DNA of 64,000 bases from an uncultured Bacteroidota bacterium (lineage in GTDB: Bacteria; Bacteroidota; Ignavibacteria; UBA10030; UBA6906), in contig CAVOYH010000003.1 in NCBI GenBank assembly GCA_963700635.1, forward strand, positions 1,536,001-1,600,000, written 5' to 3'. Position numbers and translations under genes: made by a program. The notes beneath the pieces were generated by a model. That model saw only the letters and a program-made list of their open reading frames with translations, ran no database searches and was not told the origin of the DNA. Numbering within the stretch: position 1 is the first letter of the stretch; each line of letters opens with the position of its first letter. Shown piece after piece: positions 32,012-42,139 of this stretch.

Positions 32012-32047
32012 CATGCGTGTTTGATCTGAGAGGAGTGCGGAGAAGCC

Positions 32048-32435
32048 ATGGGCAGTCAGCAGTTGTTGTTGCTGATCGTGGGTGTGCTGATGATCGGGCT
32101 GATGATTTCCGTCGGGATCATCATGTTCGCCGACAATGCTGCGGCTTCGAATCGTGACGCAATTGCGAGCGATCTTTCAGCCTACGCCTCGAAAGCACAA
32201 GTCTATCAGCGGAGACCACGCTATCTCGGTGGCGGCGGAGGGTCGTTCCAGGGGTTCTCGCTGGGGAAACCCGCGATGACGAACATGAACGGGATCATCA
32301 CGATCTCCGCGGCGACGACGACATCGACGACGATAGAAGGGAGTGGGGATTGAAACAGGATATGACCAGGTGAACCCGGTAAAGGTGGCGATGACGGTGA
32401 CCATTGATTCTGTTTCGGTTGCCGAGTTGAACTGA
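32048..32435 (+). CDS. Second pilin-like paralog; +1 frameshift at about 32340 (probable sequencing error)
   Basis: MGSQQLLLLIVGVLMIGLMISVGIIMFADNAAASNRDA aligns with the first pilin. Removing one G gives ...IEGVGIETGYDQVNPVKVAMTVTIDSVSVAELN, matching its C-terminus. Confidence 0.75.
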
Positions 32436-32594
32436 GCAAGGAAGTGCCGTCAGGGGGTTGTCGTAGGGGATCTTTTCCCCACGTTGGTCTGAGGGTGTTC
32501 GGAGGGGGTCCGGACATCGGCGGTGGGCCAGGCCAACAGGGGGAGGGATGGTCCCTATTCGTGTTTGGCGACGCAACATGCAAGGGGTAAGACG

Positions 32595-33974
32595 ATGCCA
32601 GAATTCAGAATTGAGGGAATAACGATCGCCGGAAAGCCGGTCCAGGGTATCCTTGAGGCCGACTCACTGCGGACTGCAAAAAACAAGGCGTCACAGCTGG
32701 CGTCACAGCGGAAGTTCAAGCTCCTGCATGTGATTCCCCGTACCACCTGGGTGTATAAAGTCCAGCGGGGAGCGGAAAAACCGATCACGGGCGAGCAGAA
32801 GGCCTTCACGCGGGCCGAGGTCGAAGATGCGCTCCAGAAAATGGGGTTCCGGGTCATCCGCATCCAGAAGCGCCTGTTCGACTTCAAGGCCAAGCCGCCG
32901 TCCACGGAGATCGTGACATTCGTCCGGGTCAGTGCGGACCTTATCCGGCAGAAGCTTCCGTTCAATGAAATTCTCCAGCTTCTTGTGAATGACATCGAGA
33001 ACCGCACCCTCCGTGAGGCCATCAAAGATATCAATATGGAGTTGAAGCAGGGGCGGGACAGCGAGAAAACGTTTGTCAAGCACGAAGCGGTGCTGGGCAG
33101 GTTCACCGCTCACATGCTCGGTCTTGCGTCGAAAAGCGGTAACATGGCGGAGATTTACGAAAGCACTGCAAAGTTCCTGGAGCGGCAGACGGAATTCAAG
33201 AAGAACCTGAAAAGCGCTCTTATCACGCCAATTATCACCCTTGTGGTTCTGTTCGGGGCCGTCATCTACTACGTCGGGTACATCTTTCCCGCGACGGCGA
33301 AACTGTTTGTGAAATTCAAGATAGATCTTCCGCCGATGACGAAGGCGACACTGGCCATCAGCGATTTCCTTGTCGACAACATCCTCTGGCTGTTCCTGGC
33401 CGCGTTGATCCCGTCGATCCTCGCGTTCCGGTTTTTCTCCACGGAGAAAGGGAGGCTCATCCGCGACAAGTACATGTGGAGCATTCCGGTTCTGGGGGCG
33501 CTCCTGCACAAGACCAGCATCGAAATCTTCTGCCGCGTCTTCTACGCGCTGTACAGTGGCTCGGGGGAGAATATCGAGGTGATCCGGATGGCCTCGGAAG
33601 CCTGCGGGAACAAGTATATGGAAACACGCATCAAAGCGATCGCGATTCCGCTCATGGTCCAGAAGGGAGCGGGGATCACGGAGGCGTTCGAAGCGACCGG
33701 TGTCTTCACCAAGACGGCGATCTCCCGGTTTCACTCCGGTGCGGAAACCGGTACGGTGAAGAACACCGCGCTGCAGCTTGCGGAGTACTATGAAAAGGAA
33801 ACGACCTACAAGATGAAAAACGTCATCGAGTTCATACAGCTCTGGATCTCGATGATCATCATGGTGGTGCTGACGGCCCTGACGATTGTCTCATCCGAGA
33901 CGGCCACCATCAGACCGAAGAATCCTGCCGCCGGGCAGGCTCTCGAACTCCGTATTGAGCGACCGGTGACCTGA
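32595..33974 (+). CDS. pilC: Type IV pilus/T2SS inner-membrane platform protein (PilC/GspF family)
   Basis: Two T2SSF-like domains (SGNMAEIY, GAETGTVK...LAEYYE), TM helices, IDLPPMTK. Confidence 0.88.
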   Translation: MPEFRIEGITIAGKPVQGILEADSLRTAKNKASQLASQRKFKLLHVIPRTTWVYKVQRGAEKPITGEQKAFTRAEVEDALQKMGFRVIRIQKRLFDFKAKPPSTEIVTFVRVSADLIRQKLPFNEILQLLVNDIENRTLREAIKDINMELKQGRDSEKTFVKHEAVLGRFTAHMLGLASKSGNMAEIYESTAKFLERQTEFKKNLKSALITPIITLVVLFGAVIYYVGYIFPATAKLFVKFKIDLPPMTKATLAISDFLVDNILWLFLAALIPSILAFRFFSTEKGRLIRDKYMWSIPVLGALLHKTSIEIFCRVFYALYSGSGENIEVIRMASEACGNKYMETRIKAIAIPLMVQKGAGITEAFEATGVFTKTAISRFHSGAETGTVKNTALQLAEYYEKETTYKMKNVIEFIQLWISMIIMVVLTALTIVSSETATIRPKNPAAGQALELRIERPVT

Positions 33975-33987
33975 AAAGACTGATGCC

Positions 33988-35785
33988 ATGCCGCCCATTG
34001 ACATAACCGACAAAATCGGGTTCGCGCTTCTGAAGAAGGGCGTGATCGACTATGAGACGCTCGAGAAGTCGCTCCATGTCAAGGATTCCGAGGACAAGAA
34101 GAACCGGAGGAATCTCGGGCAGATCCTCGTCAATGACTTCGGCGCAGATCATGATGCGGTGTTTCGAGAAGTGGCGGACCTGTACGCGTTCCGGGAAATC
34201 TATCTTGCCGATGAGGCCATCGAGAAGAACCGCCTGGACTTCATCAGGAAGTACGTCGACGCGCTGACCCCGAGTATCCGCGACATGCTGATGCAGTCGC
34301 GCATGCTCCCCCTGAAGTTCGACGACAAGCAGCCGGACAAGCTGATCATTATCTCGGCCGATCCCACCGACCGCCGGATTCCACTGATCGCGCGCGAATT
34401 CGGCGGCCAAGAAGTATGAAGTCGCCTATTGCCGTCTGAAAGACCTGCAGGGCCTTATGGAACAGGTCATTCCGCCGGAGAATGAATTCCTGAAGCTCCT
34501 GGAGAATTCGCAGGTCGGCATCCAGGTCAAGGAAGAAGAAGACGATAATGCGCTCGACGAGGACGCGCTCGAAGCGGAAATCAGCAAGAGTGCGCTGGTC
34601 AATCTCGTTGAGGGCGCCCTTGTCGAAGCGGTCCGCCAAGGTGCAAGCGACATCCACATCATTGCGAAGGAAGGAAACCGGACGGAGTTCTGGTTCCGGG
34701 TCGACGGCAATCTGCAAGCTCTGGCATGTGCAGGAAAGAGACCATGCCGGAAGCGGTGGCGGCGGTCGTCAAGGACCGGTCGAAAAATGTGGACCGGTTC
34801 GAGCGGGAGATGTCGCAGGATGGGTTTATCCAGCGCCTGATCGATGACCACATGATCCGGTTCCGCGTCTCGATCATGCCGATCGTGGGCATCGAGTTCC
34901 GCCACAAATACGAAAGTATCGTCATCCGGGTGCTGGATGACCGGAAGGTGATCACCGACCTGAGCAAGCTCGGACTGCAGGGGCCGGCGCGCGACTTTTT
35001 CCACAGGGCCATCGCACAAGCCACAGGGAATCGTGATTCTGACGGGCCCGACAGGAAGCGGCAAGAGTACGACATTGATTGCCGCACTCCACCAGGTGAT
35101 CGACCCGACGGTCAACGTCCTGACGGTGGAAGACCCCGTGGAGTATATCATCCGCGGAGCCCGGCAGTTGCGCATCGGGCCGAAGATGAATTTCGACCAG
35201 GCCATCCGCGGCATCCTGCGCCACGATCCGGATATCGTCCTGGTCGGGGAGATGCGCGATAAGGCCACAGCGGAAATTGCGATCAAGCTTGCCAACACCG
35301 GACACCTCACGTTTTCGACGCTGCACACGAATGACGCGCCCAGCGCGGTCGCACGTCTCTACAAGATGGGAATCGAGCCGTTCCTCATCGCGTATGCGAT
35401 CAACATCATCGTTGCGCAGCGGCTCGTGCGCACGCTCTGCCCGCTCTGCAAGCGTGAGGTTCCCAAAAGCCAGATCGACCGCGACGTCTATATCAAATTC
35501 GGGTTCACGGACAAGGACCTCGACGAGAACGCCATCTATGAAGCGGAGGGATGTGACAAATGCGGTGGGGGATACAAGGGGCGCGCGGCCATTCATGAAG
35601 CTCTCTATTTCTCCCGGGAGATCCGGAACATGATCGCCAAATCGGGCGACGAAGTCGATGAGGACAGCCTCCGCGCACAGGCCATGCGTGACGGCATGTG
35701 GACCCTCCGGCGGTCGGGTATCGAGCGGATCATGCACGGCCAGACGACACTCGAAGAAATCGCATCAGCCACAACGGACGACTAA
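33988..35785 (+). CDS. pilB: Type IV pilus extension ATPase PilB/GspE; four +1 frameshifts (about 34405, 34716, 34734, 35017), probable sequencing errors
   Basis: Stitched frames give GASDIHI, FRVDG, RFRVSIMP, TGPTGSGKSTTL, VEDPVEY, LRHDPDIVLVGEMRD, TGHLTFSTLHTNDA and CPLC...CDKC. Confidence 0.88.
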
Positions 35786-35790
35786 CGGCT

Positions 35791-36294
35791 ATGGGACTCG
35801 GACAAACACTCTTGAGCATTCTGGCCCTCGGGCTTCTCGGGACCACTCTGCTGATCATGAACGGCAACACTCTGGACAGCGGCTCTTCCGTCGAAACCAC
35901 CGAATACATGATCATGGCGAACTCGCTGGGTATCTCCGAACTGGAAATGGCCTCGGGCAAGGCGTTCGACGAGAAGACCATCGCGAGCGACATCGCCAGC
36001 ACAACAGCGCTCTCGAGCGTTCTGGCGGCGGAGACGGGTGAGACGTTTGCGACCTTTGATGATTTCGACGACTACAACGGGCAAGCTCGATGGATTAACG
36101 GCGATAGTGTGTTTTTCCGTTCCGCGGACTTCCTGGTGCGGGACACCGTCGACTATGTCCAGATTTCATCGAATGCGGTCGTAAAGTCGGTCGCCCGTAC
36201 GTACCACAAACGGCTCCGTGTGTGGGTCTCCAGCCCGTACATGAGGGATACCCTCGTCTTCACGACCGTGTACAGTTACTGGTATTTCCGTTAG
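35791..36294 (+). CDS. Minor pilin-like protein (PilV/GspI-like position)
   Basis: MGLGQTLLSILALGLLGTTLLIM N-terminal helix; AFDE and FDDFDDYNG motifs; follows pilB. Confidence 0.7.
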   Translation: MGLGQTLLSILALGLLGTTLLIMNGNTLDSGSSVETTEYMIMANSLGISELEMASGKAFDEKTIASDIASTTALSSVLAAETGETFATFDDFDDYNGQARWINGDSVFFRSADFLVRDTVDYVQISSNAVVKSVARTYHKRLRVWVSSPYMRDTLVFTTVYSYWYFR

Positions 36295-36318
36295 GTATCC
36301 AGACAGGGGAGAACGTTT

Positions 36319-36963
36319 ATGGGCTCACAGGTTATTATCGATTTAATCGCTTCCACGGTTCTCTTCGGCTGGTTATTGCTGACGACGATCCGGGTCGGGA
36401 CGGCGAATTCCGAAAATATGCAGACCTACGGGGGAGAGCTGCTGGTCCAGCAGAATCTCGTGGAACTCACGCGGCTGCTCGAATACGATTTCCGGAAGAT
36501 TGGCTTCTGCAGAGAACCCAACAAGATTCCCGACCCGACCAAAGCAATCCTCGTGGCCGACTCGACATCGTTGCGGTTCCTCACCGATGTGGATATGACG
36601 GGGGCCGGGCCCGACGGGAATATCGACAGCGTCTCGTACTACATCGGCCCAACGTCCGAACTGTCGTCGACAATGAATCCCCGCGACCGGATACTCTACC
36701 GTGTCGTGAATGACGCGACACCCAAGGGGTCTAATCTGGGGGTAACGTCCTTCCGGTTCCGGTATTTTGACTATGCGGGTGTCGAATTGAGCGCTCCGGT
36801 TACCGGTACGAACCGGCAGAAGATCCAGACAATTCAGATTTCCCTGGTCGTCGAAAACGTTGTGGCCGGAGAGCTGGTCGAAACGGCGCCGATCAACACG
36901 CAGTACTCATCGGCGTTCTGGCAACAGATGCGATTGTCATCGCGCAATTATCGGAACAGGTAA
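36319..36963 (+). CDS. Minor pilin-like protein (PilW/GspJ-like)
   Basis: MGSQVIIDLIASTVLFGWLLL...VQQNL..LTRLLEYDFRKIGF resembles the PilW QQN...DLRxAG pattern; beta-rich body. Confidence 0.75.
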   Translation: MGSQVIIDLIASTVLFGWLLLTTIRVGTANSENMQTYGGELLVQQNLVELTRLLEYDFRKIGFCREPNKIPDPTKAILVADSTSLRFLTDVDMTGAGPDGNIDSVSYYIGPTSELSSTMNPRDRILYRVVNDATPKGSNLGVTSFRFRYFDYAGVELSAPVTGTNRQKIQTIQISLVVENVVAGELVETAPINTQYSSAFWQQMRLSSRNYRNR

Positions 36964-36972
36964 GGGGGACAT

Positions 36973-38220
36973 ATGGGGAAAGCATCGATTCTACTGGTCA
37001 TGGGGTATACAGCCCTTCTGCTCATGAGCGGCATGTTGCTGTCGGACATGAGCGTGCAGGCATATGACAACGCCATGGGGTACTACGAGAATGTTTCGAC
37101 GCGGAACATTGCGATTGCGGGCGCCAACATGGCTGCCAACTACCTCTTTCTGTACCCGCCGCTGATCAACGGCAATGCCTGGTTCCCCGGCTATACAACG
37201 CCGGTGAGCTACGGTGGGGGAAGTTTCGTCGTCACCATCGATTCAACAAGCAGTGTCGATCCGTTGACGGGGGATCCGCGCCTGACCCTCCGCTCCACGG
37301 CCACCTATATGGACAGCACGGCCACGATCCTGGTCATCCTCCGTCCGAGCAATTTTGCGAAGTTTGCGGTCTATGCGGGAACGTCGGCTGCCGCTGTCTA
37401 CTGGGCCACGGGTGACTCGATGTTCGGCCCGGTTCATGTGCAGGGTAAACTCAGGACACACGGGTACCCGTACTTCGGCGGAAAGGTCACCACGCTCAAC
37501 GGCGTTGACAGCACATCCTGGGCCGGGCATCCGATCTTCAACGCGGGTGTCGAATCGGGCGTCAGCATCCCGTTGAACAAGTCGTATGACAAACTCCGCG
37601 AGAAAGCGGCCAGCGGCGGCAAGTTGTTTACCGGAAACAAGGACCTCTATCTCAAATTCAAAGGGGATTCCATCACGTGGCGGCAGGGGAGCAATCCGGA
37701 CACCACTTCATTGCTCTCTTCCTTTGCACCAAACGGAGCCATCGTGCTCACCAACAGCGACAAGAAAGTCTACGTGGAAGGGAACGTCAAAGGGCGTTAC
37801 ACGGTTGGCTCTCTCGACACAACGGGAAGCGGCAAGGGACAGGTTGTGATTACCAATAACCTCACCTACAATACCGATCCCCGTGTGGATCCCACCTCGA
37901 CGGACATGCTGGGCATCGTTGCCCACAACCAGATCACCATTGCGGACAACACGGGCTCAGGGGGGGGACCGAATTTTACCGTCATGGCGTCACTGTTCAG
38001 CTACGCGAAGGCGATCGAGGTTCAGAACTACAACTCACGAGCCCTTGGCACCCTGTATACTGTTGGTGGATGGACGGTGCAGGACATCGCCGCGACAACG
38101 AACTCGTCGATAACGAAGGGGCTTATGGTGAACATACGCTTTGACGAGCGTTTCCGAACGACGGCTCCTCCTTTTTTCCCGACAACGAATGCGTACGAAA
38201 TTCTTGCATGGTATGAATAG
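36973..38220 (+). CDS. Large minor pilin-like protein (PilX/GspK-like)
   Basis: MGKASILLVMGYTALLLM...RNIAIAGANMA resembles the PilX A..AAEAG pattern; GPVHVQG, YNTDP and WYE C-terminus. Confidence 0.75.
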   Translation: MGKASILLVMGYTALLLMSGMLLSDMSVQAYDNAMGYYENVSTRNIAIAGANMAANYLFLYPPLINGNAWFPGYTTPVSYGGGSFVVTIDSTSSVDPLTGDPRLTLRSTATYMDSTATILVILRPSNFAKFAVYAGTSAAAVYWATGDSMFGPVHVQGKLRTHGYPYFGGKVTTLNGVDSTSWAGHPIFNAGVESGVSIPLNKSYDKLREKAASGGKLFTGNKDLYLKFKGDSITWRQGSNPDTTSLLSSFAPNGAIVLTNSDKKVYVEGNVKGRYTVGSLDTTGSGKGQVVITNNLTYNTDPRVDPTSTDMLGIVAHNQITIADNTGSGGGPNFTVMASLFSYAKAIEVQNYNSRALGTLYTVGGWTVQDIAATTNSSITKGLMVNIRFDERFRTTAPPFFPTTNAYEILAWYE

Positions 38221-38366
38221 TGACGAATATTCAAGAGGTGGCTAATATTGGCCTCACGTCAGGTCAGAAACCCGCTGGTAACAGCGCGGATGGGGCAAAA
38301 TGCCGGCAGAAGGATGGCATGAGTCTTGACCAGTAGAAGTTCGCATAATCGTGTGGAGCTCGGGGG

Positions 38367-39599
38367 ATGATAGAGACAGCGATAAAGATGCTTCAGGAGA
38401 TCACCGCGACGCTTCCGGACACCGCTCCGGGAATGGAGCGGCAGATGTTGATCGGCGACATGGTGTCGAGACTGTCTCCGGCCGAGCGGACAGCGCTCCG
38501 GAAACTTATGGACAGTTACCTGATGCACATGTCGCGGATGAACGCATCCGACATCGACCTCGGGGGGTACGGCACCGGAGGCCACGTCTGGTACCGCGTG
38601 TATGGAGAAAAGCAGCCAAGCAGGGATCTGGGCAAGTTCACACTCGACGAATGCAACGTCCTCATTCAGACCATCCTGATCGAACGCCAGCGCCTCTTCC
38701 TGTACGAGAACAGAAATCTGGACTTCTCCTACAGCATCCTGGATGGGGATCGGATGTACCGTTTCCGTGCGAATGCTTCCTTCGACCTCGACCACCTTGC
38801 CATGAACATGCGCGCGATCAACAACGTGATCCGCCCGTACAAGGGGCTCGAGCTCCATCCGAACGTGACCCGCGTGCTGAGCCTGGCCCACACCACGCAG
38901 GGTCTGACTCTGATTACGGGCATCACCGGATCCGGGAAGAGCACGACGCTGGACAGCATTATCGACGCAAACAACCACACAGTTGACGGCCATATCGTCA
39001 TCATCGCCTCGCCGGTCGAGTACGTCCATCTGCCCGACCGGTGCATCATACGCCATCGTGAGGTCGGGCGCGATGTGCTCTCGTTCAAAGAGGGGGCCAC
39101 TCAGGCCCTGCGGCAGGACCCGGACATCATCGTGATCGGAGAGATGCGTGATCCTGACACCATCATGACCGCTCTGGAAATCACGGATAGCGGTCACAAA
39201 GTCTTTTCGACGCTGCATACCGCTTCGGCGGTCGAGACGATCGACCGCATCATCGGGGAGGTTCCCCCGATGGAGCAGGAACGTGTGCGCGTCCGTCTCG
39301 CCGACACCCTCAGCTGCGTAATGTCCCAGAAACTTGTGCCGAGCCTCGAAGGAAAACTCCTCCTTGCAAAAGAAGTGCTTGTGATGATCCCTTCGGTGCG
39401 CGCGGCAATCAAGAACAACAACACCGGCGAAATCTATCAGATGATGGCGGAGACGGGTGATGTCGGTATGATCACCCTCGAACAGGACCTGAAGCGGATG
39501 TACATGCAGAAACGGATCTCACTGGAAAACGCGTTGGTGGCGGCAAACAACAAACGGCGCTTCCAGCAACTACTCAATATGGCTCCGGCGGGCGATTGA
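38367..39599 (+). CDS. pilT: Type IV pilus retraction ATPase PilT/PilU family
   Basis: ASDIDL, RFRAN, TGITGSGKSTTL, HREVGRD, ALRQDPDIIVIGEMRD, GHKVFSTLHT, GMITLEQDL. Confidence 0.92.
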   Translation: MIETAIKMLQEITATLPDTAPGMERQMLIGDMVSRLSPAERTALRKLMDSYLMHMSRMNASDIDLGGYGTGGHVWYRVYGEKQPSRDLGKFTLDECNVLIQTILIERQRLFLYENRNLDFSYSILDGDRMYRFRANASFDLDHLAMNMRAINNVIRPYKGLELHPNVTRVLSLAHTTQGLTLITGITGSGKSTTLDSIIDANNHTVDGHIVIIASPVEYVHLPDRCIIRHREVGRDVLSFKEGATQALRQDPDIIVIGEMRDPDTIMTALEITDSGHKVFSTLHTASAVETIDRIIGEVPPMEQERVRVRLADTLSCVMSQKLVPSLEGKLLLAKEVLVMIPSVRAAIKNNNTGEIYQMMAETGDVGMITLEQDLKRMYMQKRISLENALVAANNKRRFQQLLNMAPAGD

Positions 39600-39639
39600 C
39601 CGGGGCATTGCAGGGACGCACATCAGGAAGACAGGAACC

Positions 39640-41205
39640 ATGGCGACAGCGAAAGGTCGGGGAAAGACGGTACTTGGGCTGTTCGTAGACGGGCTGGACA
39701 TCAAGCTGGCCCATCTCTCGCTCCAGCACAGGCACATCGTCATCGAAGATTTGAAATCAGCCACTCTCGCAGTGAAGCTGCACGATCACAAGCTGGTTGA
39801 GGAGGGGGCTGCCGCAATGGGTGACGGGGTCGATGCCTTTGCCTTCGCGCCCCCTGCACCCACGGAAACGCCGATCGACGGCGGCAACGACGACAACAAC
39901 GCCGTTCTTCTCGGATTGATCGCCAACTACCCGCGCAACAAGTATTCCCTGACCTACAGTCTGTCCGAACCCGCGATCTACTATCATCTGCTGGAAAGCG
40001 ACTTTGGACTCCAGGGGAAGAAATTGAAGGAGCGGATCCTTACCGAGTTACGCTCGTCACGAGCGTTCCAGCCTGCTGCAGACGCGCTGGATGCCATCAA
40101 GACCGATGAGGGGAATCTCCTGTGCGTGGTGCGCGAAGACGGTATGAGCCTCATCAACGCCCTGGAGAACATCAAGGGGTTTATCGGCGACCGTCTCCCG
40201 CTGATTTCCGGGATCGAGACCTCCGATATCTCCCTGATGAACCTCGTCCGTGCAAACTACGATATCGAGCCCCAGGACGTCACGGTTGTCATCTATGTCG
40301 GGACCGAATTCACGCGCCTGATCTTCATGCGGGGGGAACATTTCCACCAGTTCGCGCCGATTATCGGCGAGGGGTACGATTCGCCGAACCTGCAGAACAC
40401 CGTATACAGCAGGTTACTGCTGGAGCAGGATAATCTGGCCATCCCGCAGATCCGTCGTATCATTCTCGCGGGCGAATGCCGGCGCATCGGATTCAAGGAG
40501 TTCCTTTGCCAGCAGCTGCCGGACCAGGAAATCGAATACCTGGGAACGCCCCGGCTCGATGCCAGCCAGTTGACCCCCGAACAGCAGGAAATGATATCAG
40601 AATTTGCTGTGCCGATCGGTGCAGCAATGCAGACCCTGGATACCGCCAGTCCAGCGCTCTATCACGTGAATCTCCTTCCCTCTTCGGTGAAGGAAGGTCA
40701 ACGCGTGTTCAAACTGGCGTGGCACGGCTATGCGCTCATGCTCCTTCTGTTCATTACGACCTTCCTGTTCACCTGGCAGATCACGCAGAAGTCGCGGGAA
40801 ATCAAGGAACTGCGGGGGACCCTCGTGCTCAAGGAAAGCCAGAAAGCCGAGAACATGACGTTGTCCAACTCCATTCAGGCGCTCGAAGACCAGCTCACCC
40901 GGTACAGGTCTTCCATGGCGCTGTATGACAGTCTCGTTCCCGGGAGCGAACGCTGGAGCAAGGTCCTGACCCAATTGAGTCATGGCGTCGAAGACCTGAA
41001 TTCCATCTGGCTCACGGACCTGACGGCAGGCAAGGAGCCGGACATGCTCATGAACGGATTTACGACATACCGGGCCAGGATTCCGCGGATGTCGGCGTTG
41101 TTCAGCGACGCGCTCCTGGAGGAAGTGAACGTGCAGGAAATCCGGAAGCAGACGGTGTACCGCTACCGGATCAAGGTTCCCGCCGCATCGGCGGTTTCGC
41201 AGTAA
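39640..41205 (+). CDS. PilM-PilN fusion-like alignment protein
   Basis: Actin-like PilM features (LGLFVDGLDIKLA, VIYVGTEFT, IILAGE, FAVPIGAA), then VNLLP, a TM helix, a coiled coil and the PilN-like IWLTDL...MNG. Confidence 0.75.
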   Translation: MATAKGRGKTVLGLFVDGLDIKLAHLSLQHRHIVIEDLKSATLAVKLHDHKLVEEGAAAMGDGVDAFAFAPPAPTETPIDGGNDDNNAVLLGLIANYPRNKYSLTYSLSEPAIYYHLLESDFGLQGKKLKERILTELRSSRAFQPAADALDAIKTDEGNLLCVVREDGMSLINALENIKGFIGDRLPLISGIETSDISLMNLVRANYDIEPQDVTVVIYVGTEFTRLIFMRGEHFHQFAPIIGEGYDSPNLQNTVYSRLLLEQDNLAIPQIRRIILAGECRRIGFKEFLCQQLPDQEIEYLGTPRLDASQLTPEQQEMISEFAVPIGAAMQTLDTASPALYHVNLLPSSVKEGQRVFKLAWHGYALMLLLFITTFLFTWQITQKSREIKELRGTLVLKESQKAENMTLSNSIQALEDQLTRYRSSMALYDSLVPGSERWSKVLTQLSHGVEDLNSIWLTDLTAGKEPDMLMNGFTTYRARIPRMSALFSDALLEEVNVQEIRKQTVYRYRIKVPAASAVSQ

Positions 41206-41230
41206 TCAGCTCCCGGAAAGGAGAAAGACC

Positions 41231-42127
41231 GTGTCATACAAGATTCGCAATAGTATCGCCCTGGGCATCATGCTGTTCCTGATCCTTGCGGTTGGTACCT
41301 ATATCCGGGCGTTCAATCTTCCGAAGAAGGTCAAAGCCCTGGAAACGGAAATCAAGAAGATTGACGACGAGCTGCAGAACACGCCGAACCTCGTCAATGA
41401 ATTCAATGATATCAGCGCGGTGCTGACGGACACCCAGAAGCGGTGGGAAGCCAGGAACAAAGACATCCCTCCCGTCGACATCACCGCGCAGAGCTACGCG
41501 TACTTCAGCCGTTTAATCGATCTGAGCGGTGAGGTCAAGCTCGACATGGCGTACACCGGAACGACCTCCATGGGCACATACGGATTCAACACGTACGTCC
41601 TGAGGGGGGAGGCGCCATTTGAAAACCTCTACCGGTTCATCTGGTATCTCGAGAATGACCGCCGGCTCTACAAGGTGGAGACGATCACCCTGAAGGGTCT
41701 GGAAGTCGCGCCAACTCCCGAGGACGAGGGAGGCGTGCTGGTGACATTTGACATGACCGTCAACGCGTACTTCGCGTCCGTCTCCGAGCTTTCGAATTCG
41801 CTTGGCGACCGGTCCATTGCGCCAAATGTTCTGACCATGGATCCTTTCGCCCCTGTTATTTCCGCCGGATTGCCGGCCAACATCCACGAACTCGTCGAAA
41901 TCGAGCGGTCGGATGTGCGCGCCGTAATCCCGGGAAAGGCCTTCGTCCTCGACCAGACGAACACGATCCGGACATTGCGTGAGGGCGATGAAGTGTACCT
42001 GGGATACGTAACGAAGATCGATCCGGGAGAAGGGCGTCTCGAGTGTACTCTGAACAAGGGTGGCATAATCGAAAAAGTGGAGTTGAAAATACGGTACGGC
42101 CCGCAGCAAAAAGGTCAGACACCATAG
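41231..42127 (+). CDS. PilO-PilP fusion-like protein
   Basis: N-terminal TM and coiled coil, PilO-like GEAPFENLYRFIWYLENDRRL, then DPFAP and a PilP/HR-like beta domain (AFVLDQ..IRTLREGDEVYLGYVTKI). Confidence 0.7.
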   Translation: MSYKIRNSIALGIMLFLILAVGTYIRAFNLPKKVKALETEIKKIDDELQNTPNLVNEFNDISAVLTDTQKRWEARNKDIPPVDITAQSYAYFSRLIDLSGEVKLDMAYTGTTSMGTYGFNTYVLRGEAPFENLYRFIWYLENDRRLYKVETITLKGLEVAPTPEDEGGVLVTFDMTVNAYFASVSELSNSLGDRSIAPNVLTMDPFAPVISAGLPANIHELVEIERSDVRAVIPGKAFVLDQTNTIRTLREGDEVYLGYVTKIDPGEGRLECTLNKGGIIEKVELKIRYGPQQKGQTP

Positions 42128-42139
42128 GATGAGGAGCGT

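Noticed and set aside
29478-34200. MshEN c-di-GMP-binding motif at the N-termini of both PilB-like proteins
   Set aside because: The fold is plausible, but the key RLG motifs read KIG/NLG in PilB and are absent in the paralog, so binding cannot be claimed.
33988-35785. pilB as a true pseudogene or programmed-frameshift gene
   Set aside because: All shifts are +1 in very short runs with no slippery heptamers, and catalytic motifs are intact; sequencing error is more parsimonious.
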